DNA of 64,000 nucleotides from an uncultured Gemmatimonadales bacterium (GCA_963850905.1 CAWKMU010000003.1:288001-352000), one strand, 5' to 3'; shown: positions 20,025 through 30,070, numbered from the stretch's first letter. Notes: generated by a model from the letters alone, not told the origin. Translations and numbers: made by a program.

Positions 20025-20576
20025 ATGCGTCGCAGGACTTCGCATCTGGTCGCGGTGGTTGTCGCGGTGTTTGGCGCTGGTCTCGTGGCCTGCGTCGCAG
20101 ACCGCCAACCGCTCGCGCCACAATCCACGAGCGTCTCGTCCGCAGCCACACCGGCAGCGGTGAGTCAGCGAGGTGGCCTCGGCGACTCGCTGTCGTTCTT
20201 CGTTTGCAAGGGGAACACACCCGATAGCGGCTCCGCCGTGATTGGCCCGCTCGGCGGCCGGCTGACATTCGGTCCCCACGAGTTGGACGTGCCACCAGCC
20301 GCGTTGCTCGCGCCGACCAGGATCACGGCGCATACGATCCCCGGCGATACGATTGCCGTGCAGTTCGAGCCGCAAGGCACGCACTTCTTGCTGCCGGCGA
20401 CGCTGCAGCTGAGCTACGCGCAGTGCAATCCGCAGCCCACCGGCACGCTCTCGATCGTGTACGTGAACGATCCGCTGACCACATTGCTCGGTCTCATCGA
20501 GTCGATCCTGGACCCGAGTCAGAAGAAGGTCATCGGGCTCATCACGCACTTCTCCATGTACGTGATTGCCGAGTAA
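20025..20576 (+). CDS. Hypothetical lipoprotein with ZU5-like beta domain
   Basis: Lipobox GLVA-C. IGPLGGRL...LDVPPAAL...IT, FEPQGTHF..PATLQLSY and HFS motifs resemble ZU5-like domains. Confidence 0.7.
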   Translation: MRRRTSHLVAVVVAVFGAGLVACVADRQPLAPQSTSVSSAATPAAVSQRGGLGDSLSFFVCKGNTPDSGSAVIGPLGGRLTFGPHELDVPPAALLAPTRITAHTIPGDTIAVQFEPQGTHFLLPATLQLSYAQCNPQPTGTLSIVYVNDPLTTLLGLIESILDPSQKKVIGLITHFSMYVIAE

Positions 20577-20592
20577 GGAGGACGGGCCGACC

Positions 20593-22206
20593 ATGGTCCC
20601 GCCGCCGCGAGGAGCCCGCCGGGAAGGGCTGAGTGCCGCCGAATCGGCGCTCACATCTGGCAAAGAGCACGAGCAGCGTGGTTGTCTCGACGACGCGGCG
20701 CGCGCCTATGCGGTGGCGGCGGCGAGTGCATCCGCCGCACCCTGGGACCTGGCTGCCAAAGCCGAGGCTCTCCGTCGCCACGCATCCATCAAGCGTCGGC
20801 GGCAGGATTTCGATGCCGCCCTCGAGCTCTGTCGCGAAAGCTGCGCTGTCGCAGCGGCCGTCCCCGACGTCGAGTTGACGGCGGAAGCGATGAACGGGTT
20901 GGGCGCCATCCAGCTCGAGCGCGGCGACACGGTCGCGGCACAAGCGACGCTCGAGCAGGCCTTGGTGCTCGGCGGGCAGCGGCCGGACCTGCGCGGGCGA
21001 ATCCAGCAAAACCTGGGAATCGTCGCGAACATACGCGGAGACTACAGTGCGGCGCTCGCGTGCTACGAGCAGTCGCTCGAGGCGTTCCGATTGGCCGGCG
21101 ACACGCGGATGTGTGCCGCGGCCTACCACAACCTCGGCATGATCAACGCCGATCAGGAACAATGGGCCGCCGCCGACCGCTACTTCGCAGCGACTCTCGA
21201 GATCGCCAATGCGCTGGGCGATCGACAGCTGCGCGGCTATGTGTTGCTCAATCGCAGCCGGGTCCATCTCGCGTTGCAACGCTACGAGGACGCGCGACGA
21301 AGTGCGGAAGAGGCCTTGCAGCTGTTCGATGAGTTGGGCGTACGGCGGGGCAGATCCGAAGCATACAAGTTTCTCGGCATGATCTACCGCGATACCGGCG
21401 CGTCCGCGCTCGCCGAGGCCCGCCTGCAGTCGGCGATCGCGATGGCGACGGAGAGCGGCGCCGTGCTCGATGAAGCCGAGGCCACTCGTGAGCTCGCGAT
21501 CCTGTACCAACGCCTCGATCGCAATCAGGAAGCCCTGCGGAATCTCAATTCCGCCCACCGTCTCTTCACGAGATGGGGAGCCCGGGCCAATGCGCTGGAC
21601 GTCGGCGGCAAGATGGCAGCGTTGGAGCGCATCTATCTCGACCTCGTGGCCGGGTGGGGCCGATCGATCGAATCCGCTGACGGATACACCTTTGGCCATT
21701 CCGAGCGGGTCGCCCAATACGCGGACGCGATCTCAGAGGCGCTCGGCTGGGACGAGTATGACCGCACCACCGTGCGACTGGGCGCGTATCTCCACGACCT
21801 CGGCAAGGTCCGCGTGCCGCATGAGATCCTGAACAAGCCCGGCCCGCTCACGCGCGAGGAGCGGGAGATCATGGAAATGCACCCATTGTACGGGCTCGAG
21901 ATGCTCGGATCGGTCGAGTTTCCCTGGGATGTCAAGACAATCATCCGCTCGCATCACGAGAAAATCGATGGGAGTGGATACCCCGACCGGTTGCGTGGAG
22001 ACGAGATCCCAGTCGCCGCCCAGGTCATTTGCATCGCCAATGTCTACGACGCGCTCACAAGCCATCGCACCTATCGAGCTGCCTTCCCGCACGACGCCGC
22101 ACTCGCCGAGATGCACGCCAGTCGTGCCTGGTGGCGGCACGAGGTGTATCAGGCGTTCTTGAATTCGGTCGCGCAACACCGGTCGGTCGCCAAGGTCGCG
22201 GCCTGA
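20593..22206 (+). CDS. TPR-repeat HD-GYP domain protein (cyclic-dinucleotide phosphodiesterase family)
   Basis: Multiple TPRs (NGLG, QNLG, HNLG...). HD-GYP motifs HSERV, LHDLGK, HHEKIDGSGYP. AGGAGG upstream of the ATG at 20593. Confidence 0.92.
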   Translation: MVPPPRGARREGLSAAESALTSGKEHEQRGCLDDAARAYAVAAASASAAPWDLAAKAEALRRHASIKRRRQDFDAALELCRESCAVAAAVPDVELTAEAMNGLGAIQLERGDTVAAQATLEQALVLGGQRPDLRGRIQQNLGIVANIRGDYSAALACYEQSLEAFRLAGDTRMCAAAYHNLGMINADQEQWAAADRYFAATLEIANALGDRQLRGYVLLNRSRVHLALQRYEDARRSAEEALQLFDELGVRRGRSEAYKFLGMIYRDTGASALAEARLQSAIAMATESGAVLDEAEATRELAILYQRLDRNQEALRNLNSAHRLFTRWGARANALDVGGKMAALERIYLDLVAGWGRSIESADGYTFGHSERVAQYADAISEALGWDEYDRTTVRLGAYLHDLGKVRVPHEILNKPGPLTREEREIMEMHPLYGLEMLGSVEFPWDVKTIIRSHHEKIDGSGYPDRLRGDEIPVAAQVICIANVYDALTSHRTYRAAFPHDAALAEMHASRAWWRHEVYQAFLNSVAQHRSVAKVAA

Positions 22207-22223
22207 TTCGAGGACTGGACGCA

Positions 22224-22420
22224 GGGGTCAGGGAACGACCACGGCGCTTGCTATCCAGCGGGTAGGGGCGACGCAATGCGTCGCCCGCCATTAGACGTCG
22301 GACGTTGGAAACAAATTTCGGAGGCCAGCCACGGTGCATCTCGTGGCCTCGAGATTTGTCTTCCAGCGTCCAGCGTCTAACCTCCAGCGTCCAGCGTCTA
22401 GCGTCTAGCGTCCAGCGTCC
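22224..22420. repeat. Mosaic intergenic element: GGGGTCA heptamers, GTAG REP (22262-22286), GAGGCC hairpin and (AGCGTC[C/T])n arm
   Basis: Read directly; lies between convergent genes. Confidence 0.85.
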
Positions 22421-22426
22421 TACGCG

Positions 22427-24238
22427 TCACTGCGCGGGATATTCGAATATCTGCGTCGGCACCGACTGCGTGCGCGCGAGCGCGATGTCGCGCGGCTCGA
22501 TGTAGAATCGCTCGGACCCATTGGTACTCGTGAAACGCACAGTGAATCGGGCGTTGGGATCGGGCGTGACGGGAAAGGCGAAGTCGACCCGCCACAGTCG
22601 CTTGGAGTGGACCGGGATGGCGGCAAGCACGCTGAACCCGACGCCGACCGCGGTGGGCGAATTCACACCGTACGGGACCCCTTCTGCCCAGATGCGTCCA
22701 ACGTCGGCAAAGCCCGCCACGCCAATCTCGCCGATCGATTTCACGGGGCCCAGAAGCCAACGCGTCTCGAATCTCGTCACGCTGCGCTCGCCGCCGGCGA
22801 CCAGCGATCCTGCGAACCCCCGGACGCCACCTCGTGGATCGGCGAACGTGAGTGCGAACGGGACGTGCGAGTCGAAGCCGAGTGAGTACTCTTCGCTGAG
22901 CACCACCGTGTTGATGGGCACCGGCTTCCAGTACATGGCGCTCCGCCCCGCGACGAAAATGTCATCCCAGTTGCTCGAGGCGAGATCGTCGAGCGCTTCC
23001 CCGCTCGCTTGCGCAGCCAACAAGAAGCTCGATGATCCAATCCCCACATACCCGCCCGAGCCCAGGAACACGTCGTTTGTCGTCGAACCGAGCAGATGCA
23101 CGCTGCGTCCACCCACGACACCGATCTCTGTCCCCAACATGATGTCCTGCTCACCGCTCAACGCGTCGAACCCACGCACACGCAGGAAGCGGACATCTCG
23201 GACCCCGGCGATGACATTGATCCGGGTCGCGTTGAACTCCGAGTAGTGTGCGACGAGCCCCGGGTTCGTGTCCGGGCGGGTGCCTTCGCCGGGCGGCAAC
23301 AGCACCGGCTGCGACCCGGGCGCTTCCCGCTCATCGGAGATCGACATGCCGAAGAGGGCCAGGTGGCCGGGGCCACCCTGGACGCGACTCACGCCGCCCA
23401 GCTGCGCGAACCGGCGTCGCATGTCGAGATACGCCGGGAGCGGCGTTGCGGCGTTGAGGAATCCGACGTATGTCCGCCGCTCACCCGCTTGAGCGATCCA
23501 TCCGAAGCGTTGGAGGTCCGTGAAGAACGGATGGACGAATGTGCCGGTCCAGTATCCGCCCAGGACATCGCGCGTACCTTGCAGCGACAGCTCGTAGGGC
23601 CTGCCGAACACGGTGTAGTCCGTGATGCGGCCCGAGTATCGATCGCGAAGGCCTAGACCATCGGCCCACGCGCCGAGTACGCTCACTCCCTGGCCGCTAA
23701 AGTTCCCTTCGCCGAGCGTCGCCGCGGTGAAGTGCGGCGCCTGGCTGCGGACGGCGAGGCCGCCCTGGAGCGAAATTTCGTCCGCTGTGACGACGGCCAC
23801 ACGGACTCCCCCTTGCCCGTCGTCGTACGGCGTGACGCGGACCTCGGCCAGAAACGGCTGCGCGCGCAGGATGCGCTCCGACTCCTCACGCCGAAGCTCG
23901 GTGCAGGCCTCGCCGATATGCAGTGCGAGGAAATTGCGGATCACCTCCGGCCGCGTGACCGCGTGTATCGCCGTCAGCCCGCGCGCCAGCGGACGCCACG
24001 CACCTCCAAATCCAGCGTAGTAGGGGGCGCGGGGCTGGATGTCGATGGCGCTTACGATGCGGCCATCGCACGGACTCACCACGAGCGCGGTGTCCTGCGC
24101 CGCGAGAATGCCCGCCGGCACAGTCATACCGACGCCCACGGCAATCAGTATCGCTCCCGTCCACCAGGAGGTGACGGGATATCCTCGTTCGCGCGTGTGT
24201 TCCTCCCTGCGCCCTCGACCAGCAGCGTCCACCACCAA
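22427..24238 (-). CDS. Omp85/BamA-TamA-like outer-membrane protein (POTRA-like domain plus beta-barrel); start uncertain
   Basis: TRPEVIRNFL...ESERILR (POTRA-like), EGNFSGQG, VRGF loop motif, FADVGRIW and RVDFAFP. Confidence 0.7.
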   Translation of the reverse strand: MVVDAAGRGRREEHTRERGYPVTSWWTGAILIAVGVGMTVPAGILAAQDTALVVSPCDGRIVSAIDIQPRAPYYAGFGGAWRPLARGLTAIHAVTRPEVIRNFLALHIGEACTELRREESERILRAQPFLAEVRVTPYDDGQGGVRVAVVTADEISLQGGLAVRSQAPHFTAATLGEGNFSGQGVSVLGAWADGLGLRDRYSGRITDYTVFGRPYELSLQGTRDVLGGYWTGTFVHPFFTDLQRFGWIAQAGERRTYVGFLNAATPLPAYLDMRRRFAQLGGVSRVQGGPGHLALFGMSISDEREAPGSQPVLLPPGEGTRPDTNPGLVAHYSEFNATRINVIAGVRDVRFLRVRGFDALSGEQDIMLGTEIGVVGGRSVHLLGSTTNDVFLGSGGYVGIGSSSFLLAAQASGEALDDLASSNWDDIFVAGRSAMYWKPVPINTVVLSEEYSLGFDSHVPFALTFADPRGGVRGFAGSLVAGGERSVTRFETRWLLGPVKSIGEIGVAGFADVGRIWAEGVPYGVNSPTAVGVGFSVLAAIPVHSKRLWRVDFAFPVTPDPNARFTVRFTSTNGSERFYIEPRDIALARTQSVPTQIFEYPAQ

Positions 24239-24358
24239 CCGGAGCTAAGTCCCTGACCCAGAGCGCATTCCAACCAGCCCTAGCCGTAACGCCAGGATAC
24301 ACCCCGGCCACCGTCACACAAGGCCGGTTGTGGTTGCTGTTCGTATATTGTCAGGGTC

Positions 24359-25138
24359 ATGCCTCGACACCCCGCAGACCAGGACGCCGAGCACCCGATC
24401 GTTGCAGTGACGGCCACGATCCGCACGGACGACGGTGTTCCGCGGGTGCGATTGCCGGCGGCGTACCTCGCGGTGCTAGAGCGGGCTGGGCTCGTGCCCA
24501 TCGTCCTTCCGCCATTCAACGGGACAGCATTGGAGGTGGCGGCGGCGGTCGGTCGCGTGCTCGACGCGGTCGACGCGCTCGTGTTGACGGGCGGCGAAGA
24601 CGTGGACCCTGCACGCTACGGCGCCTCGCCCGGTCCGCGCCTGGGCCCGACCAATACCGCGCGTGATGCAACAGAGATCGCCGCGGTCCTCGCGGCGTCG
24701 CAGCGAGGGCTCCCGACGCTCGCCATCTGCCGTGGCATCCAGGTGCTCAACGTGGCCCTCGGCGGCACACTGATTCAGGACATCCCCAGCGAACGACCAC
24801 ACGCACTTGGGCACGATCCCGATGCCCCGCGCGACACGCGCACGCACGCCGTTCGGGTGGTCGAGGGTTCGCGCGTCGCGCGAGCGCTCGGCGCGACGAC
24901 GCTGCAGGTCAACTCGGTGCATCATCAGGCGATCGACCGTCTCGCGCCTGGGCTCGTCCTGACGGCCACCGCGCCCGACGGGATCGTCGAGGCCGTGGAA
25001 AGCGCCGATGACGACCGCTGGTGGCTCACCGGCGTGCAGTGGCACCCCGAAGAGTTCGTGCGCGAGGACCACGCCCCCGACCACGGCCTCTTCGCTGCAC
25101 TGGCCGACGCGATCCAGACGTCAGGGGTTAGGGGCTAG
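24359..25138 (+). CDS. Gamma-glutamyl-GABA hydrolase / peptidase C26 family (class I glutamine amidotransferase fold)
   Basis: LTGGEDVDP..YG, ICRGIQ, VNSVHHQ and GVQWHPE. Confidence 0.93.
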   Translation: MPRHPADQDAEHPIVAVTATIRTDDGVPRVRLPAAYLAVLERAGLVPIVLPPFNGTALEVAAAVGRVLDAVDALVLTGGEDVDPARYGASPGPRLGPTNTARDATEIAAVLAASQRGLPTLAICRGIQVLNVALGGTLIQDIPSERPHALGHDPDAPRDTRTHAVRVVEGSRVARALGATTLQVNSVHHQAIDRLAPGLVLTATAPDGIVEAVESADDDRWWLTGVQWHPEEFVREDHAPDHGLFAALADAIQTSGVRG

Positions 25139-25164
25139 GCCTCCGGGGCCACGGAGCCCACCGA

Positions 25165-25270
25165 AAACCGATCGGCGCACGGCGACCGGCCTCGGACCGG
25201 TAGGGGCGACGCTTTGCGTCGCCCGTCGTTGTGGTTCCCCCGGCCCCTGGCCCCCGACCCCGACCCCCCT
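25165..25270. repeat. Mosaic element: degenerate GGCC hairpin, GTAG REP (25200-25224) and GACCCC/GGCCCC arm
   Basis: ggaccggtaggggcgacgctttgcgtcgccc followed by cggcccctggcccccgaccccgacccc. Confidence 0.8.
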
Positions 25271-25324
25271 GTGGTACCGTACAAGCCCCGAAACACGGCG
25301 TCGCCCCCACGCGTATTGTTATGT

Positions 25325-25579
25325 ATGGTCGAGATCGTTCTTGAGGGCGTACTGTTTATAGGGCTTGTCGCGACGATAGTGGTTGTCGCGGTCTTCGCTC
25401 TCCTCCAATTCACGCCACTCGGGCTGCGATTGCGGCAAGCCCGCAACCGCATCCTCATCGAGCAGGCAGCGGAGCGCACGTGCCCGGTGCACGGGCCTCA
25501 CGCTGCCACTGATATGGTGCTGCTCCCAAGTGGGGAGCGCATTTGCCCCGAGTGCTTTAAGGAGGTCGTCCATGACTAG
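25325..25579 (+). CDS. Small membrane protein with C-terminal CPxH...CPEC putative zinc finger
   Basis: Hydrophobic N-terminus, then TCPVHG...RICPECF. Overlaps the start of the SPFH gene. Confidence 0.75.
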   Translation: MVEIVLEGVLFIGLVATIVVVAVFALLQFTPLGLRLRQARNRILIEQAAERTCPVHGPHAATDMVLLPSGERICPECFKEVVHD

Positions 25580-26498
25580 CACCTTCACAAGTCGATTCTC
25601 ACAGATGCGATCCGCTGGCGGCGATGGCGGTGTTGGTCACACGACGCTCCGACTCGCCGGGATCGTCGTGGGTATCGTCGTCATGCTGCTGCTACTCCCG
25701 ACGACGGTGACATACATCCACCCGGGTCACGTGGGCATTGTGATCAGCCGCACCGGCGGCGGTGTCGAGCCCACGCCGCTCTCAGCCGGATTGCACACGC
25801 GGAATCCGCTGACGACCGGCATCGAGGAGTACCCCATCTACATGCAGACCCTCGTGCTCGCGAAGAGTCCGTCCGAGGGATTGCCCGACAACGAGGAAAT
25901 CAATGTCAATAGCGTTGAGGGACAGCCCGTTTCTCTGGACGTCGCGATGTCCTTCGAGCTCGACGCTGCGCAGGTGCCCGAGCTGTACAAGACCTTCCGC
26001 AATAACATCGAGACGATCCAGCACAACTACGTGAAGCAGACCATCCGACAGGCGTTGCAAACAGTCGTCGGCAGTGAAGCGATCGCCGACATCCTGGGGC
26101 CAAAAAAGGCAGAGGTGGTCACGCGCACGCAGGACATGCTGGAGAAGAACCTGCGGCCCTACGGTTTCCTGGTGAAGCAGTTCACCATCAACGAGATTCG
26201 CGCGCCGCAGTCGGTGATCGACGCGATCAACGCGAAGAACGTGATGCAGCAGGCGGCGTTGACGTCACAGAACGAGCTCCAGAAGAAACAGTTCCAGGCG
26301 ACCGGCGACTCCATCGAAGCCGCCGGCCACGCCAAGGCCATCCTGGGCGAAGCCGAAGCGCAGGCAAAGGCGAACCGATTGCTGTCCGAGAGCATCACAC
26401 CCAATCTCGTCTCATACGAGATGGCCAAGAAGTGGAACGGCCAGATGCCGCAAGTCTCCGGCAGCTCGATGCCGATGATACAACTGCCGAAGCCGTAA
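25572..26498 (+). CDS. SPFH/prohibitin (band 7) family membrane protein
   Basis: Single TM helix, IHPGHVGIV, SPFH core, AEAQAKAN coiled coil and KWNGQMPQV tail. GGAGG upstream. Confidence 0.92.
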   Translation: MTSTFTSRFSQMRSAGGDGGVGHTTLRLAGIVVGIVVMLLLLPTTVTYIHPGHVGIVISRTGGGVEPTPLSAGLHTRNPLTTGIEEYPIYMQTLVLAKSPSEGLPDNEEINVNSVEGQPVSLDVAMSFELDAAQVPELYKTFRNNIETIQHNYVKQTIRQALQTVVGSEAIADILGPKKAEVVTRTQDMLEKNLRPYGFLVKQFTINEIRAPQSVIDAINAKNVMQQAALTSQNELQKKQFQATGDSIEAAGHAKAILGEAEAQAKANRLLSESITPNLVSYEMAKKWNGQMPQVSGSSMPMIQLPKP

Positions 26499-26502
26499 CT
26501 AC

Positions 26503-26614
26503 GGGGGCCAGGGATCAGGGGTCAGGGAACAAATCGGAAGGCCGGTCGCATCGCACAGCGACCGGCCTTCGTCGTTTGTTCCCCGACCCCTGACCCCTGA
26601 CCCCTGATCCCTGC
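26503..26614. terminator. Long palindromic element: 13-bp hairpin flanked by inverted GGGGTCA/TGACCCC arms between convergent genes
   Basis: gaaggccggtcgc-N8-gcgaccggccttc (26537-26570) inside gggtcagggaacaaa...tttgttccccgacccc. Confidence 0.75.
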
Positions 26615-26616
26615 CC

Positions 26617-27348
26617 TTAACTCACCATCCTCCACCGGGCTTCGTCCTGCACCTGACGGATGAGGCGCTCCGGACTATGCACGTTCGGAAATAAATACGC
26701 GTCGCTGACGCGATTGAGTGCGATGCGAAGCGTGCCGAATCGACGCGCCGCGGTGGTGAAGAGCGTGGCGAGTCCGTGTTCTTCTGCGAGGCGGTGCGAC
26801 GCGGCCAGCTCGTAGCCGCGGCGACCCATCTCTTCGTAGTAGTCGAGTGGTGGTGCGCCGCGCCGCGAGCGGCGTGCCTCGATGTAGTCCGGGAACATGC
26901 CACTCAACCACAGCGCATAGTTGCCCATGTGGGCCTGCACGAGGAACGCGCGGCGTACATCCGGGCCACTCGTTGCGCCTGTGAGGCCCGCGAGCGTGTC
27001 GTACTGCTCGTCATCGATGTCAGTCACTTTGCTCGCGCGGTCCCGAAGACCGAAGTGCATGATGATCGACGCGACAAAATCCGCCAGCACGCGATCGTGC
27101 TCTCCGACGCCACACAGCGCGTGCCGCACGATGACATAGGAGAACAGCGGATACGAGGCACACACGCCGGGACGACGCTCCAGGAGACCCGCGAGCAAAC
27201 GCGGGTCGTCGAGCAGCTCATCGAGTCCTCGGTCGCGCAGCGTCGCCTCCGCGCGATCGTATGCCGATTGGGATTCATGCCCGATCAACCGAAGAGCTAA
27301 TTGCGCATCGTCGCGTTTCAACGTGCGTCGGACGTTTGCATGGATCAT
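26617..27348 (-). CDS. Conserved hypothetical protein
   Basis: GGAGG upstream of MIHANVRR. Contains HMGNYALWLSGMFPD and YYEEMGRRGY. Confidence 0.8.
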   Translation of the reverse strand: MIHANVRRTLKRDDAQLALRLIGHESQSAYDRAEATLRDRGLDELLDDPRLLAGLLERRPGVCASYPLFSYVIVRHALCGVGEHDRVLADFVASIIMHFGLRDRASKVTDIDDEQYDTLAGLTGATSGPDVRRAFLVQAHMGNYALWLSGMFPDYIEARRSRRGAPPLDYYEEMGRRGYELAASHRLAEEHGLATLFTTAARRFGTLRIALNRVSDAYLFPNVHSPERLIRQVQDEARWRMVS

Positions 27349-27513
27349 GGTTCCTCCGTCGTCGCCGTGCCGACTACTGCGCTTATACACCGAACGTGCC
27401 ACGCCCGCTGGCCACGTGGGCGATTTAGTAGGCGACGATTGCACGGCGAGCGCGAAACAGCATGTCACAGTTTGTGTAGCACTCGTTGGAGATGAGTGCT
27501 GACGGATGTCGTC

Positions 27514-29134
27514 CTACGGCCGCGTCCCGCGCTCCGCTACAGCATCCGCTATCCCGACGAGCAACCGCGACACGCGCGCCAGTTTCATGTAGTCGATCCG
27601 CGACGCGACGTCCGTGACCTGGTGGTAGTCGGCGTGTGGACCGCTGGTGAACAACACGACTGGCACGCCGTGTTCCCCATAGGGATACGAGTCCGCACGA
27701 TAGTAGATGCGTTGCGGATCGGTCGCGACGTCCCATGAGCGATTGAAGGCGAACGGCAATGGGAGCGCCGCGTTCACGGAGTCGACGAGTTGCCCGAGCG
27801 CGTGGCTGCGACCTCCGGGCATCACGTTCGGGCCGACGACGTAGAGCGAGTCGGGCGCGTTGCGGCCGACCATGTCCGCATCGATGAAGGCGACCAGCGA
27901 ATCGATCGGCACCGTCGGATGCGCTGTGAAATACCCGGACCCGAGGAGCCCCTTCTCCTCACCGGTGTGCCAGATGAAGAGCACGGATCGGCTGGGCCGC
28001 GGGCCCTGCATGAGCGTGCGCGCCGCCGCGAGCAGCGCGACGCACCCCGAGCCATCGTCGTCGGCCCCGTGCGCAATCGAGTCGCCGCGCGATGTCGACA
28101 GGATCCCGAGATGGTCGTAGTGTGCGCCGAGGGCAACCCAGGTGTTGCGCCGCGCGGTGTCGCGTCCCGGAATCGCCGCCAACACATTGTACGACTGGAT
28201 GATCGTGTGTTTGACCTCCACCGTGCCGGTGAATCGCCCGTGCAAGACCTGCGGCCGGTCGTCACGCGGCCACCGCTCGGGAAGCAACGCCGAGCCGTGC
28301 TCGGGCAGGCCGAGAAGGATCATGGGCGTCGTCTCGCCTTCGCTCGGCGACGCGTGCGGAAGATCGACCGTACGGTCCACGCCTGGCGCCGCATCGACAG
28401 CGCTCAGCGTCCCCCGGCGAAGCGCGCGGCTCGTCGCGTCGTACAGATCGGCGGACGCGCCCGTGAGCAGCACGATGACGCCCGCCGGATGCCGCGACAG
28501 AATCCGCTGCAGGCGAATGGCGATCGCCGGCGGTGACTCGAGCTCGGCCCGCCGCGATGCATCTGCCGTGGGCGGCGCGCCGTTGACGACGACGACGATG
28601 TGGCCGGCGATGGGTACATGAGCGAGGTCGTCGCCGCGGTCCGCGTGCTCGAGGCCGTACCCCACGAAGACGAGCGGTCCCTCCGCCTCGCGCCGAATCG
28701 GAGGGTAGCCGGGCCCGAGCTCCATCAGCGGTCGCAGCCCATCGAGTGCGCGTCCCTCCCCATGCGGCGGATGAATGATGAAGCGCGTTCCGCTGCCGAC
28801 GGCCGTCCGGATGAGTGGGATGCGCTGAACATAGCCGCTGTCACCCGCCGGCATCAGGCCCACCGCAGCCGCTCGAGCGGCAAGAAACGCGGCCGCGCGC
28901 GCTTCGTCGGCCGTACCGGCCTCACGCCCGCGAAATGAATCCGAGGCCAGCACCAACAGATCGCGGCGCAGCTCCGCGGCGCCCGGTGGCAAGGGATCGG
29001 GCGCATTCGAGCGGCGCGTGCGATGCGATGACCGGCGGGCTGCTGCACGCGACCACCCCGGCCACCCACATCGCGCCGACAAGCGACTGAATCCGTCCCA
29101 TCACTATTCGACTGACGACGCGGCGAACCCGCAA
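27514..29134 (-). CDS. M28 family Zn-peptidase with PA-like insert; lipoprotein signal lies in another frame (+1 frameshift near 29011)
   Basis: LASDSFRGR.AGT, GAHYDHLG, GADDDGSG, GEEKGLLGS, DMVGR and HADYH. Signal ...WVAGVVA-C found in ORF 28922-29134. Confidence 0.88.
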
Positions 29135-29219
29135 CGCCCCGTCGACGCCCCCGCCAACGCCGTCCGCACGAACCCCGTATAAGGGAACGACCGCGACGGT
29201 TCACAGGTATGTGTCTTGG

Positions 29220-29260
29220 TCTCCTTTCTCCTCTCCCCTTTCTCCTTTCTACGACGACGC
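29220..29260. repeat. Pyrimidine-rich (TCTCCTT)-type heptamer tract
   Basis: tctcctttctcctctcccctttctcctttct; a similar tract is at about 60030-60090. Confidence 0.6.
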
Positions 29261-29302
29261 GCGCTAGCGCGAGTCGTCCGGGCAGGTCAGACTACAGCAG
29301 AG

Positions 29303-30070
29303 ATGATCTACATCGGGATCCCGGTCTTCAACGAAGCCCCAACGATCGGCGTGCAGCTCTGGCGTATCCGTCAGGTGTTTCAGAGCTTCCCGCGCGACTA
29401 CGAGCTGCTGGTCTACGACGACGCGAGCACGGACGCTACGGCGGAGGTGATGCGCCCGTACGCCGAAGTGCTGCCCCTGGGTATCACTCGGGGCGCGACG
29501 CACGTCGGCTATGGCGCAGCCCTCAACGCCCTCTGTCGCACGGCTGCGGCTCGCACGCGGTATGCACGTCGTGACGCGCTGATCATTATGCAGGGCGACT
29601 TCACGGATCAGCCTGAGCACATCCCCGAGCTCATCAAGCGTTTCGAGGGCGGGGCGGATCTCGTCGTCGCCGAACCGCCGGCAACCGCGGCTCGACCAAC
29701 TCCCGTGCGTCGACTCCGGTGGGTAGCGCCATGGCTGCTTCGCGCCTTCGTGCGCATCCCGGGGATCGCAGATCCGTTCAGCTCCTTTCGACTGTTTCGC
29801 ATCTCGGTCCTGCGAGATGCGTTCAAAGCAGCTGGCGGCGCCGACGCCCGCCTTGTCACACGCGATGGCTGGGCGGCAAACGCGGAATTGCTGCTGCGAA
29901 CGATTCCGGCCGCCCGGCGCGTCGAGACGGTGCAGCTCGCCCCGCGGTACGACCTGCGGCAGCGGCCGAGCCGCGTGCGCCCGATGGCCGACGCACTGAC
30001 GCTGTACCGGTTCGGCCGCGGCGCTCGAGCACTTCAGCCATCGCCCCACATTGCCGGTCGGCCGACGTGA
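29303..30070 (+). CDS. Glycosyltransferase family 2 (polyprenol-phosphate glycosyltransferase-like)
   Basis: IPVFNEA, VYDDASTDAT, GYGAAL and GADLVV. Confidence 0.85.
   Translation: MIYIGIPVFNEAPTIGVQLWRIRQVFQSFPRDYELLVYDDASTDATAEVMRPYAEVLPLGITRGATHVGYGAALNALCRTAAARTRYARRDALIIMQGDFTDQPEHIPELIKRFEGGADLVVAEPPATAARPTPVRRLRWVAPWLLRAFVRIPGIADPFSSFRLFRISVLRDAFKAAGGADARLVTRDGWAANAELLLRTIPAARRVETVQLAPRYDLRQRPSRVRPMADALTLYRFGRGARALQPSPHIAGRPT

Noticed and set aside
27386..27401. Sigma54 promoter TGGCACG-N4-GTGTA on the minus strand upstream of 27348
   Set aside because: The -24 element is perfect, but the near-invariant -12 GC reads GT. Too weak to call.
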